Below are positions 40,503 to 50,931 of a stretch of 64,000 nucleotides of DNA, piece after piece; the stretch's first letter is position 1, and every line of letters starts with the position of its first letter. Position numbers and translations under genes: made by a program. Source of the stretch: Pseudomonadota bacterium (GTDB lineage Bacteria > Campylobacterota > Campylobacteria > Campylobacterales > Sulfurimonadaceae); contig JAZDQA010000014.1 of NCBI GenBank assembly GCA_043797085.1, positions 105,235 through 169,234 on the forward strand, read 5' to 3'. The notes under the pieces are model-generated. The model was not told the origin of the DNA. It did no database searches and saw only the letters and a program-made list of their open reading frames with translations.

Positions 40503-41666
40503 ATGAAAATAAATACTGTAAAAAGTATCGTAGGAAAAAACGGCAAGCTAGTCGTTAGGTTCTTTGACAACGCAGGCAAGATCAAGCAAAAGACACTTAA
40601 TCTAGCCGACACAAAAGCAAATAGAAAAAGCGTTTCACAAACGATTCCAGCATTTGAAAAAACTTTACGAGATAAAGCTGAACAAGGTGCTAAATTACCA
40701 ATTCATTTTGGCTATTACGCTGATAAGTATTTAGAACAACTTACAGCAACTGGTCATACAAAAACGATTGCTCATACAGGTCGCATTAAAAAGATGTTAG
40801 AACATTTTGGATCACAAACAGATATAAATAACATCACTGAATTAGCTATTGAAGACTTTTTTCAAGGATTAAGGTGCAAACGTGAGACCAAACTCGATTG
40901 GCTTGTAGTCATGAGGGGTGTGTTTGATAAAGCACGTAAGGGAAGAGCTATAGAGAAAAATATTGCTGAATCGTATAAGTTGCCCTTAGAAGCTTCTATA
41001 AATGATGAAAGTGCGGTTGAGCCTTTTGCTCTCGATGAGGTAAAAAGATTACTCTTGCACTCTAAAGGAATGGTTCTTCACAATTACCTCGGTATTGCAT
41101 TTCACTTAGGAACGCGTCCTGAAGAAACGATTGCACTAAAGATTGAAGATGTTGACCTTACAAGTGGAACAGTACAGATAGAGCGAGCCATTACGAAGGG
41201 AGTTATTAAGAGCCCTAAGACAAAGGCTTCAAAACGTTCGATACCATTGCCAGATCATGCTAGAGTATTCTTTAGTGAACTGATAAAAAAAGCGAAAGAA
41301 AAAAGTAGTCTTTACTTGTTCAGTGATGCAAATGGAATACACCTCAATGATATAGAAGATTTGAGAGGTAAAAAGTATCGAGATGGTGCTTGGTATCAAT
41401 TGCTAAAAAAAGCAGAAGTAACACCTCGTAAACTAATGCAAACACGTCATACATTTGCGGTAATGGCAATTCGTTCTCAAGAATACACAATGCAGGAAGT
41501 TGCATCTATTCTAGGTCACAGCTCTTTAGCTATGATTATTTCACACTATGGAAAGCATCTTGGAGCTTCTCACATGAAAGTTGCTAGGTCAGTTAATATT
41601 TTTAAAGATCAAGGTGACGTATTGGGTGACGCTGAAATAAAAGTTGAAATCAGAGAAGTTGCTTAG
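40503..41666 (+). CDS. int: Tyrosine recombinase / phage-type integrase
   Basis: GTRPEE (R), PKT (K), QTRHTFA, LGHSS, HY (catalytic Tyr); adjacent to the att site. Confidence 0.95.
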   Translation: MKINTVKSIVGKNGKLVVRFFDNAGKIKQKTLNLADTKANRKSVSQTIPAFEKTLRDKAEQGAKLPIHFGYYADKYLEQLTATGHTKTIAHTGRIKKMLEHFGSQTDINNITELAIEDFFQGLRCKRETKLDWLVVMRGVFDKARKGRAIEKNIAESYKLPLEASINDESAVEPFALDEVKRLLLHSKGMVLHNYLGIAFHLGTRPEETIALKIEDVDLTSGTVQIERAITKGVIKSPKTKASKRSIPLPDHARVFFSELIKKAKEKSSLYLFSDANGIHLNDIEDLRGKKYRDGAWYQLLKKAEVTPRKLMQTRHTFAVMAIRSQEYTMQEVASILGHSSLAMIISHYGKHLGASHMKVARSVNIFKDQGDVLGDAEIKVEIREVA

Positions 41667-41700
41667 AAGATAATAAAGCCCTATTTATAGGGTTTCCACA

Positions 41701-41778
41701 TGGTCGGAGCGACCTGACTCGAACAGGCGACCTCTACCACCCCAAGGTAGTGCGCTAGCCAAACTGCGCTACGCCCCG
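41701..41778 (-). tRNA. tRNA-Pro(GGG)
   Basis: CGGGGCGTAGCGCAGTTTGGCTAGCGCACTACCTTGGGGTGGTAGAGGTCGCCTGTTCGAGTCAGGTCGCTCCGACCA; cloverleaf, GGG anticodon, encoded CCA. Confidence 0.97.
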
Positions 41779-41855
41779 ATCAATAAATGTGGAGTGCAAG
41801 AATAATCAAAAATTGATTAATCCGACCTAAAAGTGACTCTCGATATACTCTGCTT

Positions 41856-42617
41856 ATGCAAATTGTACTCCCATCCATTTTACTATCGAATCCAAAAGTC
41901 ACTGCCTGTTTTACGACTCGGCATGGTGGAGTGTCGCACGCTCCCTATACCACTGCAAATCTTGCATTTCATGTCGGCGACGTGCTCAACGATGTTCTCC
42001 AAAATCACGATTTGCTTGCGAATGATTTGGGTTATGATCGAAAAATTTTAGTGCACATGTCTCAAATTCATTCCGATACCATCATAACTATCGATGATAC
42101 ACACCGTTTCGATACCCCGCCTCAATGTGATGCGCTTATAACCAATCGCCTTAATACTCCGCTTATGGTGATGAGTGCCGATTGTACTCCTATTTTGATC
42201 TACGATCCGATCCATAATGCTATTGGGGCTGTTCATGCAGGGCGGAAGGGAGCACTTAATGAGATTCTTCCTAAAACACTCCATGCCATGAGACAAGCAT
42301 TTGGCACTCAAATCAATGATGTTAAAATCGTACTAGGTCCTTCAATACATGGATGCTGTTATGAAGTCAATGAAAGCATAGTCAGCGAAACAGTAGATAA
42401 GGGATACAGGGATGCAATACGAAGAGAAGTTGAACAAGTCTTTTTAGATGTCAATACCATTTTATTACTGCAGCTGCAAACGTTAGGGGTAAAAGAAGAA
42501 AATATTGAAGTGATTAATCATTGCACCTCATGCAACTGCGATACCTATTTCTCGTATCGTGCTGATGCACAACATACTGGGAGGATTGCGGGTGTAATTA
42601 TGCTACGACCTGCTTAG
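41856..42617 (+). CDS. pgeF: Peptidoglycan editing factor / purine nucleoside phosphorylase PgeF (YfiH)
   Basis: FTTRHGGVS, QIHS, ADCTP, HAGRKG, GPSI..CCYEV, FSYR. Confidence 0.93.
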   Translation: MQIVLPSILLSNPKVTACFTTRHGGVSHAPYTTANLAFHVGDVLNDVLQNHDLLANDLGYDRKILVHMSQIHSDTIITIDDTHRFDTPPQCDALITNRLNTPLMVMSADCTPILIYDPIHNAIGAVHAGRKGALNEILPKTLHAMRQAFGTQINDVKIVLGPSIHGCCYEVNESIVSETVDKGYRDAIRREVEQVFLDVNTILLLQLQTLGVKEENIEVINHCTSCNCDTYFSYRADAQHTGRIAGVIMLRPA

Positions 42618-44412
42618 CAAGCTGGTGAGGAAGTAATCCAAGCGATTCTTCGACGAGTATCGTGTTACCGTGCTTTATAAACTCATCCCCGTATTCAAAA
42701 CTCACCACTTGGACATCCATGATTTTTTCTTCGGACAACCATTCGAGCAATGCACTTCCAACACCGCCCATGCGCGACGAATCACTAAAGACATACCATC
42801 TTTTATGACTTTTAGACATTCGTATCAGCATTTTTGTATCGAGGGGTTTTACAAAACGTAAATCAAGCAAAGAGGGTTTTTCCTCCATAAGCTCCATAGT
42901 CTGTGCTGCACGTCCAACACCATTGCCGTATCCGATAAACAATATATCAGAGTCATTGGAAATTAACAGCTGAGATTTTCCTGTCTCGAAAGGGAGAGAC
43001 TCAGGTAAATTTGCTTCAAAAAACGCCCCTCTTGGATAACGAATAGCACACGGTCGGTCATACTCGGCTGCATACGCCACGATCTGATGAAATGATTTTT
43101 CATCCCGTGGCGCGCACAGTGTCATGTTTGGGATAAGACGTAAAAAGCTAATATCAAATGCCCCTTGATGCGTTTCACCGTCTTCACCAACAATACCGGC
43201 ACGATCAAGAGCAAAGACGACCGGCAAATCCATCAAACACACATCGTGAACAACTTGATCGAATCCACGCTGTAAAAAAGTCGAATAGATCGTACAAAAC
43301 GGTTTAAATCCCTCTTTTGCCAATGCTGCCATGGAGGTTACCGCATGCTGTTCCGCAATCGCCACATCCCAAAAACGTTCGGGATATTTTTCCATCAAAG
43401 CACTTAATCCTGTACCGCTTGGCATCGCGGCAGTTGCTCCCACGATTTTTGGATTATGGTCGGCTTGATGCATGAGCGCTTCGGCGTAGATTTGCGTAGC
43501 ACTTTTAGCAGAACTTTTCGCATTAGCCGTTCCACTTTTCAGATCAAAAGGAGAGACGCCATGCCATTTTTCATGTTTACCCTCAGCAATCTCATACCCT
43601 TTGCCCTTGATGGTCTGCACATGAACCAAAACAGGTTTCCCCATTGCTTTTGCCATGCTCAAAATCTCTACAAGAGATTTAAGATCATGCCCATCAACAG
43701 GACCTATGTACTCAATCCCCATCTCTTCAAACAGTATCCCCGGAGTAATAAGCTTAAATGATTCTTCAAATCGTTTGGCGAGATAATGGGCACCTTCACC
43801 AAAATTATCGACAAAGGCTTCTGTTTTCTTTTTAAACCGTTGATAAAAAGGACTTGCCATAGCGGAACTGAGCATTCGACTAATTGCCCCGATTGGTTTG
43901 GCGATACTCATCTCATTGTCATTGAGAATAATGACCATCGGATATTTTCGATCACCCAGCTCGTTAAGCGCTTCATACACCATCCCCGCAGAAAGTGATC
44001 CATCCCCGATAAGGACTACGGGAATACGACTTGCCTGCTCGTTTTTAAGGGCAATGGCTTTGGCGGCTCCCACACCCAGAGAAATCGATGTTGAGCTATG
44101 ACCTGCCACGAAATAATCACAAGGGGACTCGGAAGGTTTCGTATATCCGCTTAGTCCATCGAAACGGCGCAGGGTTGTAAACTCTTCCCAACGATCCGTA
44201 AGAAGCTTATGCGCATACGCTTGATGGGAAACGTCAAAAATAAAAGGATCTTTTGAGGAATCAAATACTTTATGCATTGCTACGATTATCTCAGTAGCAC
44301 CCAAGGTAGAGCTCAAATGACCCCCATTGGTACTGACAACTTCCAAAATTCGATCCCGTATTTTTTGTGAAAGCGCTTTTAATTCATCGTGTGTAAAATC
44401 TTTAATGTCCAT
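42598..44412 (-). CDS. dxs: 1-deoxy-D-xylulose-5-phosphate synthase
   Basis: GGHLSS, GHSSTSIS, GDG, DVAIAEQHA, DRAG, RYPRG. Confidence 0.97.
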   Translation of the reverse strand: MDIKDFTHDELKALSQKIRDRILEVVSTNGGHLSSTLGATEIIVAMHKVFDSSKDPFIFDVSHQAYAHKLLTDRWEEFTTLRRFDGLSGYTKPSESPCDYFVAGHSSTSISLGVGAAKAIALKNEQASRIPVVLIGDGSLSAGMVYEALNELGDRKYPMVIILNDNEMSIAKPIGAISRMLSSAMASPFYQRFKKKTEAFVDNFGEGAHYLAKRFEESFKLITPGILFEEMGIEYIGPVDGHDLKSLVEILSMAKAMGKPVLVHVQTIKGKGYEIAEGKHEKWHGVSPFDLKSGTANAKSSAKSATQIYAEALMHQADHNPKIVGATAAMPSGTGLSALMEKYPERFWDVAIAEQHAVTSMAALAKEGFKPFCTIYSTFLQRGFDQVVHDVCLMDLPVVFALDRAGIVGEDGETHQGAFDISFLRLIPNMTLCAPRDEKSFHQIVAYAAEYDRPCAIRYPRGAFFEANLPESLPFETGKSQLLISNDSDILFIGYGNGVGRAAQTMELMEEKPSLLDLRFVKPLDTKMLIRMSKSHKRWYVFSDSSRMGGVGSALLEWLSEEKIMDVQVVSFEYGDEFIKHGNTILVEESLGLLPHQLAKQVVA

Positions 44413-44423
44413 TGTAACCCTAA

Positions 44424-45209
44424 TTATGATTCCAGCAACAACGATCTTTTCAATCGTTCAAACCGCTTTTTTATTTGTGAGTCAATATTTCCTAAATCAC
44501 TGATAGCAACTACCCCGCCGGCACTAATCGCACGATCCGATAGTACTTCAACATTTTTGAGAGATCCCACTTTTTCAGAAATAATACCATGATCGTTTGG
44601 ATTCACGCGCAAGGTGATCTTGGCGGCATCACTAAGCTCTTCAATCAAAGACTCAGAGAGTTTAGCTGCGATTTTAGCACTGTTTTCCTGCGTCTCAATC
44701 CCAATAACTTCTTTTGCAATATCAAGTGCCGTATGCGTTAACTCTTTTTTGATCTCACCAAGAGAAATAGAAAACTGTGCGGCTGTATCTTCTAATGTTT
44801 TTACCGACAATGAAAACTGATCTTGCCCCTGCGTATTGCGTTGAGAATTTTGCAACTGCTCTTGCGCTATTCCGGCTGAAAACCCTTCCTCAAAGCCGCT
44901 TTTTTTTGCCTCTTCAAGAGCCTGAGTATGTTCTTCCTGAAGGCTTTCAAGGCGCATTTGCATTTTGATAAAATTCGAACTCATATCATCCGCTTTTTTT
45001 AACAAAGATTCAATCAACTCATCTTTTGCTGATGTAGATTCACGATTCTTTTCCCCAGAAGGTTGTGGAAGCGAAGGGGTCTGAAGCTCTAATTCCTCGT
45101 AGGCTTTTTGGACACTGGTTCCGCTTAATCCACTCAAAATTTTAAACTGATATTTTCCAATTGCATGACCCGATAAATTATCTTTAGTAATCACAACATC
45201 TTCACTCAT
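44424..45209 (-). CDS. fliH: Flagellar assembly protein FliH
   Basis: GxxxG repeats (GFEEGFSAG), GGVV..S..GNID; follows fliG. Confidence 0.9.
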   Translation of the reverse strand: MSEDVVITKDNLSGHAIGKYQFKILSGLSGTSVQKAYEELELQTPSLPQPSGEKNRESTSAKDELIESLLKKADDMSSNFIKMQMRLESLQEEHTQALEEAKKSGFEEGFSAGIAQEQLQNSQRNTQGQDQFSLSVKTLEDTAAQFSISLGEIKKELTHTALDIAKEVIGIETQENSAKIAAKLSESLIEELSDAAKITLRVNPNDHGIISEKVGSLKNVEVLSDRAISAGGVVAISDLGNIDSQIKKRFERLKRSLLLES

Positions 45210-45214
45210 CGTCT

Positions 45215-46240
45215 TTAGTCAATCATCTCTTCAGATGCCCCTAATTCTAATACTCCCTGCTCTGCAAGTGATTGAACCGCATCAACGATTTTACGCTGAG
45301 CCGTCTCTACTTCTTTCATTTTCACTGCACCCAAGAACTGTAACTCTTCCACAAAAGTATCTCTTGCTCGTTGCGACATACACGAATAAAACTTCTCTTT
45401 AAGCTCTTCCGGAGAGCTTTTAAGTGCCAGCATAAGGTCATTTTTATCGACTGCTTTGAGAATTTCTCGAACCGCATTCACATCAAGACTCGTAATGTCT
45501 TCAAACGTAAACATCATCTCTTTGATGGATGCAGCAAGTTCTTGATCCAATTGTTCAATCTGAGATAATGTCTCTTTGGATACTTTTGCACCCAAGCGGT
45601 TAAAGACATCGGCAACCGCTCTTGGACCGCCCACTTCAACTTTATAGCTTGCCAAAGATTCAAGTTTAGATTCAAGAACCGCACTCACCCGCTTAATAAT
45701 AGCAGGAGAAATATCTCCCAATTTTGCCATACGAATAACAACTTCTCCCCGCAGTTCAGGGCTGAAAATATAAAGTGTTTCCGCGGCAGCCGAAGGGTCC
45801 ATATGCGCCAAAATAAGCGCTATGGTTTGAGGATGCTCGGTTGTAATAAAATCCGCTAATTGTTGTGGTTTAATTTTAGCCAAATAAGCAAAATTTTGAG
45901 AACCTTGCATGGTTTTACTCAAACGTTCCAACACTTTTTTAGCCTCATCGGCTCCCAGTGCTTTGTACAGAATCTCTTTTGCATACTCCAATCCACCCGT
46001 ATTTAAATACTGATTGGACTGAATAATGGCATAAAATTCTTCTAAAACAGCGGCACCGATACTTTTTTCAATGGAGCTATTATTAGCAATATGTTTAGAA
46101 ATTTCGGTAATGGATTCGATATTCATACGTCCAAAAATTTGTGCGGTTGAATCTTCACCCAACTGAATTAACAATAATGCTATTTTTTCGGCCATTCCCA
46201 TTTCATCAAAATGTGCCTGTTGCGGTTGGCTCAATGTCAT
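45215..46240 (-). CDS. fliG: Flagellar motor switch protein FliG
   Basis: EHPQTIALIL, MFTFEDI, MSQRA. Confidence 0.97.
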   Translation of the reverse strand: MTLSQPQQAHFDEMGMAEKIALLLIQLGEDSTAQIFGRMNIESITEISKHIANNSSIEKSIGAAVLEEFYAIIQSNQYLNTGGLEYAKEILYKALGADEAKKVLERLSKTMQGSQNFAYLAKIKPQQLADFITTEHPQTIALILAHMDPSAAAETLYIFSPELRGEVVIRMAKLGDISPAIIKRVSAVLESKLESLASYKVEVGGPRAVADVFNRLGAKVSKETLSQIEQLDQELAASIKEMMFTFEDITSLDVNAVREILKAVDKNDLMLALKSSPEELKEKFYSCMSQRARDTFVEELQFLGAVKMKEVETAQRKIVDAVQSLAEQGVLELGASEEMID

Positions 46241-46257
46241 ACTAGACTCCTCTTTCC

Positions 46258-47970
46258 CTACGTATTACGCATTGGCATCGCTTCTTCATTGATAAGCGCT
46301 TGAATCAATGAAGCAATTTCGTCAGGGCGATCTTCGGCTATTTCACGAATTTTTTCAAGTAATACGTCATATTTTAACTCATCTTCGTTGAAGCCTTCGC
46401 CAAGCCCCAGCTGATTTTCCACTTTTTTACGCATTTGCTGAACTTTTTCGACAAGGTCTTCATCCTCATCGTCACTAATTTCCAATATAGGCTTTTCAAA
46501 TTCTTCCTCTTCTCTGGTGAATTCCAGCATTCGATCGGCGAAAGGAAGAATAACTTTTTTATAGGCGACAAAAAGGATTATAGCAACTAAAATGTATTTA
46601 AGAACAGGTATAAAGGGCTCAACATAGGTGGTAAAAAAAGCTGATGTTTTGGATGCTGCATCTTTAGAACCTAAACTTCCTTTGGTAGCTTGAAACTCAA
46701 AATTCCGTACGGTCACCAAATCCCCGCGCGCATCATCAATCCCTATGGATTGCTTTGCCAGTGAGGTTATCGCATCAAGTTGCGTTTGATCCAATGCAAC
46801 GTATGCCATTTCATCGCCGGCATCCCCATTCTCTGCTTTTTTGGCTTCATATTTTCCATCTACAACCACTGCCGCTGTAATACGCTTAATGCGTGCAAAT
46901 TCCATTTTAGTGGTTGATACCGTTTTGGAAATTTCAAAGTTTGTGGTTCCTGTCGTCTTTTCGTACTTTTCCGCGCTGCCAGACGATCCATTTACATCAG
47001 AGGGACCAATATTACTCACAGCACCCGGAACTCCTCCGACAGCCGCTGGTGACGCTCCATCACGTTTTTCTTCAGAGGTTTGTTCACTTCGCACTACGTT
47101 TTCAGGGTCATATTTTTCAGACGTTGAACTTTGTTCCGAAAAATCATATTCAATCGTTACCTTAGCAACAACACGGTCTTTACCGCCAATAAAGGGAGCA
47201 AGAACATTAATGATTTTTTCTTCTTGCTTTTTCTCTTCTTTGGTTTTATACTGCTGCTGCATTTGGGAAAGCTCACCCATCATTGCATCAGAATCACTGT
47301 CGCCTAGGCTTTCACCTTCAGAATTAATCAGTGTAACATTTTCTACTTTGAGTTTAGGAACAGCAGCTGCGACAAGCTTTTTAATCCCGCGAATCTGCTT
47401 GGGAGTAAGTTTGCGATCTTCGTACAGTTGAACCATAACCGATGCAGAAGGGGGGACTTCTTCAGAAACAAACAACGTCTCTTTCGGTAAAGCCAAAGAA
47501 ACACTTGATTTTTCTACCGGTGAAAGGGAATCGATGGAACGGGCAAGCTCCCCTTCCAATGCACGTCTAAACTTTACCTCTTGATCAAAATTGGTTGCAC
47601 CAAATTCTTGTTTGTCAAAAAGCTCAAATCCGACATGCCCCTCTTTTGGAATTCCCATTGAAGCGATCGTGATACGCTCTTTGTATACGACCTCTTTAGG
47701 AACTTCAATAACATTATCACGCGGAATTCTATAAGGGATTTTGTCTTTTTCAAGTTGTGCAACCACTTGCGCTGCATCTTGCGGAGTCAAAGATTCAAAT
47801 AAAACCTGATACCCTTCATCCTTGCTTGAGGGAGAATCAGACGTATACACAACCAAAAAAATCAAAAAACCGATAATCCCTGCAACTGCGGCACCGATTA
47901 TCGTTTTCTGTGCTTGGGTTAACTTCCCAAAAACAATCACAAGTTGTGAAAAAAGTGCTTTAAAATCCAT
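46258..47970 (-). CDS. fliF: Flagellar MS-ring protein FliF
   Basis: GFELFDKQEFGAT, RALEGELARSI, two TM helices. Confidence 0.97.
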   Translation of the reverse strand: MDFKALFSQLVIVFGKLTQAQKTIIGAAVAGIIGFLIFLVVYTSDSPSSKDEGYQVLFESLTPQDAAQVVAQLEKDKIPYRIPRDNVIEVPKEVVYKERITIASMGIPKEGHVGFELFDKQEFGATNFDQEVKFRRALEGELARSIDSLSPVEKSSVSLALPKETLFVSEEVPPSASVMVQLYEDRKLTPKQIRGIKKLVAAAVPKLKVENVTLINSEGESLGDSDSDAMMGELSQMQQQYKTKEEKKQEEKIINVLAPFIGGKDRVVAKVTIEYDFSEQSSTSEKYDPENVVRSEQTSEEKRDGASPAAVGGVPGAVSNIGPSDVNGSSGSAEKYEKTTGTTNFEISKTVSTTKMEFARIKRITAAVVVDGKYEAKKAENGDAGDEMAYVALDQTQLDAITSLAKQSIGIDDARGDLVTVRNFEFQATKGSLGSKDAASKTSAFFTTYVEPFIPVLKYILVAIILFVAYKKVILPFADRMLEFTREEEEFEKPILEISDDEDEDLVEKVQQMRKKVENQLGLGEGFNEDELKYDVLLEKIREIAEDRPDEIASLIQALINEEAMPMRNT

Positions 47971-47987
47971 TCTTTTGAATGCCTACT

Positions 47988-49082
47988 TTACAATAAAGGT
48001 TCTGTTAGTTCAAAAAATCGGTCATTTTGTAATGATGTGCCGACGGTCACGCGAATGGCGTTCAATCCATAACTGCTTAAATCTCGTATAATCATACCCT
48101 TTTTTAACAATTCTTGAGCTATTTTAGATGAATTTTTTGTTTCAGGAAGTGATAATGTCACAAAATTAGTATAACTGTCGATTATAGCAATCTTTTTTGA
48201 TGCCGCGAATGCTTTATATCGCTCCATCTCTTTAAAATTATCGGTAATACATTCCTGAACAAAACCCTCATCTTCAAGCGCTACAGATGCAGCTTCAAGA
48301 GATAGTGTCGTGATATTAAAAGGGGGACGAACTTTATAGAGCGCTTCAATAATATTTGAGCGAGCGATCCCGTATCCTACTCGCATCCCACCCAAGCCAT
48401 ACGCTTTTGAAAAAGTCCCTAAGAAAAGGACATTCTCAAATTCAGCTATTAGCTCTCGCGGTTCTACTGCTTTTTTTGGATCTTTAAAACGTGCGTACTC
48501 CATATACGCACCATCTACGATAACGAGCGTATCCGAATCAATTTTTTTGATAAAGGCAAGCATTGACTCAGCGTCGATTGCATCACCCGTCGGATTATTG
48601 GGGGTACAAAGAAAAATAATAGAAGGTTTATGTTCAAGATAAAGAGCATAAAACTCCTCCATATCATGTTCTCGTGAAGCGGTACGAATAATTTTAGCCC
48701 CTACTTGCTTGGCATAAATTTCATACATCGCGAAGGTTACACTGTTCATCAGCACAGATGTATCTTGATGGGCTTTGGCATGAATTGCAAATTCGATTAC
48801 TTGATCGCTTCCTGCACCAATAATAAGTTCATTAGGTTGTATGGCATATTTGCTCGAAAGAGCATTTTTGAGCTTTATCATCGAGTCGTCCGGATAAAGT
48901 GCCATATTATCAATGATACCGCGCACAGCCTCTTTCACTTTGGGTGAGCATCCAAAAGGATTTTCATTGCTTGCCAGCTTCACGATATCTTCTTTATTAA
49001 TCCCATATTCCCGAACAACTAACTCGATAGGCTTACCCGCCTCGTAACTTTTTATCGACTCTAATGTGCTGTTAAATTTCAT
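47988..49082 (-). CDS. hisC: Histidinol-phosphate aminotransferase
   Basis: [29 protein letters not shown]; start set to ATG 49082. Confidence 0.95.
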   Translation of the reverse strand: MKFNSTLESIKSYEAGKPIELVVREYGINKEDIVKLASNENPFGCSPKVKEAVRGIIDNMALYPDDSMIKLKNALSSKYAIQPNELIIGAGSDQVIEFAIHAKAHQDTSVLMNSVTFAMYEIYAKQVGAKIIRTASREHDMEEFYALYLEHKPSIIFLCTPNNPTGDAIDAESMLAFIKKIDSDTLVIVDGAYMEYARFKDPKKAVEPRELIAEFENVLFLGTFSKAYGLGGMRVGYGIARSNIIEALYKVRPPFNITTLSLEAASVALEDEGFVQECITDNFKEMERYKAFAASKKIAIIDSYTNFVTLSLPETKNSSKIAQELLKKGMIIRDLSSYGLNAIRVTVGTSLQNDRFFELTEPLL

Positions 49083-50161
49083 AATTCTCCCTTTACATAG
49101 CTTCCAAGCCACGTTACTTCTTCTGAATGTTTAGTCATAATCTGTTGAACGTTCTCTTCATCGATGTGACCAAAAAAATCGATAAAAAACCAATAGGCGA
49201 AACCATCATTATCTCGTGCAGGACGGCTTTCAATTTTACTAAGGTTAATCTCTGCTTTGTTAAAATCTTCCAAAAAGTGGAACAATGCTCCCGATTTTTG
49301 AGCGTCTTTCAATCGAACTAAAATCGAAGTTTTATCTTCACCGCTGGGAGCATTTTTAAAATCACTCAGGATAAAGAAACGTGTAGCATTATTATGTGCA
49401 TCCTCGATGTTCTCAAATAAGGTCGGTATCCCGTACAGTTTTGCTGCAATATGGGAACAAATTGCGGCAGCTTCAGGATCTTTGGATGCCAAAACAGCTG
49501 CTTTTGCCGTTGATTCCACGGGGATATGCTCAATCCTGTCCAATCCATGCTCCAGTAAAAAATCGCGGCATTGACCAAAGCCTTTGTCTTTCGAGTAGAT
49601 TCTTTTGATATCATGCAATTTTTCAGCTTTGGTTACAAATGCCATATGGATCGGCATATAGAGTTCCGCAACGATTTTAACACTGCTTTTTCCCAATAAA
49701 TCAAGCGTTTCACCCACTACACCATCACGGCTGTTTTCGATGGGAACAACACCGAACTTTGCACGTGATGCTTCAAGAGTCTTAAATACCGCATCGATAG
49801 AACCTAACGAGAGGTAATCACTCATTGCCCCAAAACGTGACTCGGCAGCTTGGTGGGTAAAACTTCCCTCCGGTCCTAGATATGCAATCTTTTCAGGAAG
49901 CTCAAGATTGCGTGCAACTGCAAAAATTTCTAAAAAAACCGCTTCAATCGCTTGATAATTGAGCAGACCACCCGACTGGGCACTAAGATTGCTCAAACGA
50001 TCAATAATCGCTTTTTCTCGCTCGGGACGATAAATCGCCCCTTTGGTTTCGTGTTTGATTTCCCCAACGCGTCGTACTACTTCCATACGACGATTTAGAA
50101 GGGTAATAACTTCATTATCCAACGCATCTATTGCTTCTCGACACTCTTCCAATGTATTCAT
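49079..50161 (-). CDS. pheA: Chorismate mutase / prephenate dehydratase
   Basis: N-terminal CM domain, [21 protein letters not shown]. Confidence 0.95.
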   Translation of the reverse strand: MNTLEECREAIDALDNEVITLLNRRMEVVRRVGEIKHETKGAIYRPEREKAIIDRLSNLSAQSGGLLNYQAIEAVFLEIFAVARNLELPEKIAYLGPEGSFTHQAAESRFGAMSDYLSLGSIDAVFKTLEASRAKFGVVPIENSRDGVVGETLDLLGKSSVKIVAELYMPIHMAFVTKAEKLHDIKRIYSKDKGFGQCRDFLLEHGLDRIEHIPVESTAKAAVLASKDPEAAAICSHIAAKLYGIPTLFENIEDAHNNATRFFILSDFKNAPSGEDKTSILVRLKDAQKSGALFHFLEDFNKAEINLSKIESRPARDNDGFAYWFFIDFFGHIDEENVQQIMTKHSEEVTWLGSYVKGEL

Positions 50162-50931
50162 AAATTCTCCAATACGGATTGTATATCTGGATAAACGGCA
50201 TCCGGCTGCACCGTCAAACTTGGCAATATCTCTTGGGCTGAACGATATTTTCCGCTCAGAACAAAAATGCCTCTCATACCAAGTATCTGGGCTGGAATCA
50301 AATCTCCGGTTACATCATCGCTAATGATCGTTATGTCTTTAAAAGCAATCCCTTCTTTCTGCCGACAAAGAGCCGCTAAAGCAGATTTAAAAAAAGTAGT
50401 GCTGGGTTTTCCAACGACCGAGTAGTGAGTTGAAGTTGCGAATTCCAACATTTTTAAAATAGCACCTACTCCAGGGTAACGTGTATGATTTTTGACGTAC
50501 AAGGAGGTTTCATGCATTCCCATGAGTTTAGAACCTCGTAAAAGAAATTCAATTATCTGAGCATACTCATTCGCAGAAAAATCCTCTTTTATTGCCACAA
50601 GAACAACATCCGGAGTTTCAAAATCCAGGAGATACCCCATGGAACCCACGACATTCAAAAACTCCGAAGAACCATACGCAGCAATTTTTTCATCCTTGCC
50701 AATATGTTCCGCAAGCACCATGAGAGGATCAAGATAATGATTTTTAGGAATCTTTAGTCCAATCGAATTTAAGTAAGCCAAAAACTCTGCACTTGGATTT
50801 TTGGTGCTGTTCGTGATAACCATGTATGGGATGTTTGACGTATTCAGATGATCGATAAACGCTATAGCTCCACGAATAGGAAGCTTTGTATTATCGTCAA
50901 TCAACGTCCCCTGTACATCAATAAAAAACAT
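50158..50931 (-). CDS. HAD-IIA family hydrolase (NagD-like)
   Basis: DVQGTL, ITN, VGKPS, SDD..GD, VLSGKY. Confidence 0.85.
   Translation of the reverse strand: MFFIDVQGTLIDDNTKLPIRGAIAFIDHLNTSNIPYMVITNSTKNPSAEFLAYLNSIGLKIPKNHYLDPLMVLAEHIGKDEKIAAYGSSEFLNVVGSMGYLLDFETPDVVLVAIKEDFSANEYAQIIEFLLRGSKLMGMHETSLYVKNHTRYPGVGAILKMLEFATSTHYSVVGKPSTTFFKSALAALCRQKEGIAFKDITIISDDVTGDLIPAQILGMRGIFVLSGKYRSAQEILPSLTVQPDAVYPDIQSVLENL

Larger units (their letters stand above)
36320..41749. mobile_element. About 5.4-kb integrative element inserted in tRNA-Pro(GGG)
   Basis: Identical 56-bp direct repeats at both ends; encodes integrase, xis-like, rep-like and serine recombinase genes. Confidence 0.93.

Noticed and set aside
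36376..41693. Prophage, ICE or Tn3 transposon
   Set aside because: No structural, terminase, T4SS or transposase genes and no terminal inverted repeats seen
46841..47431. 196-aa Ser/Thr-rich plus-strand ORF
   Set aside because: Antisense shadow of fliF
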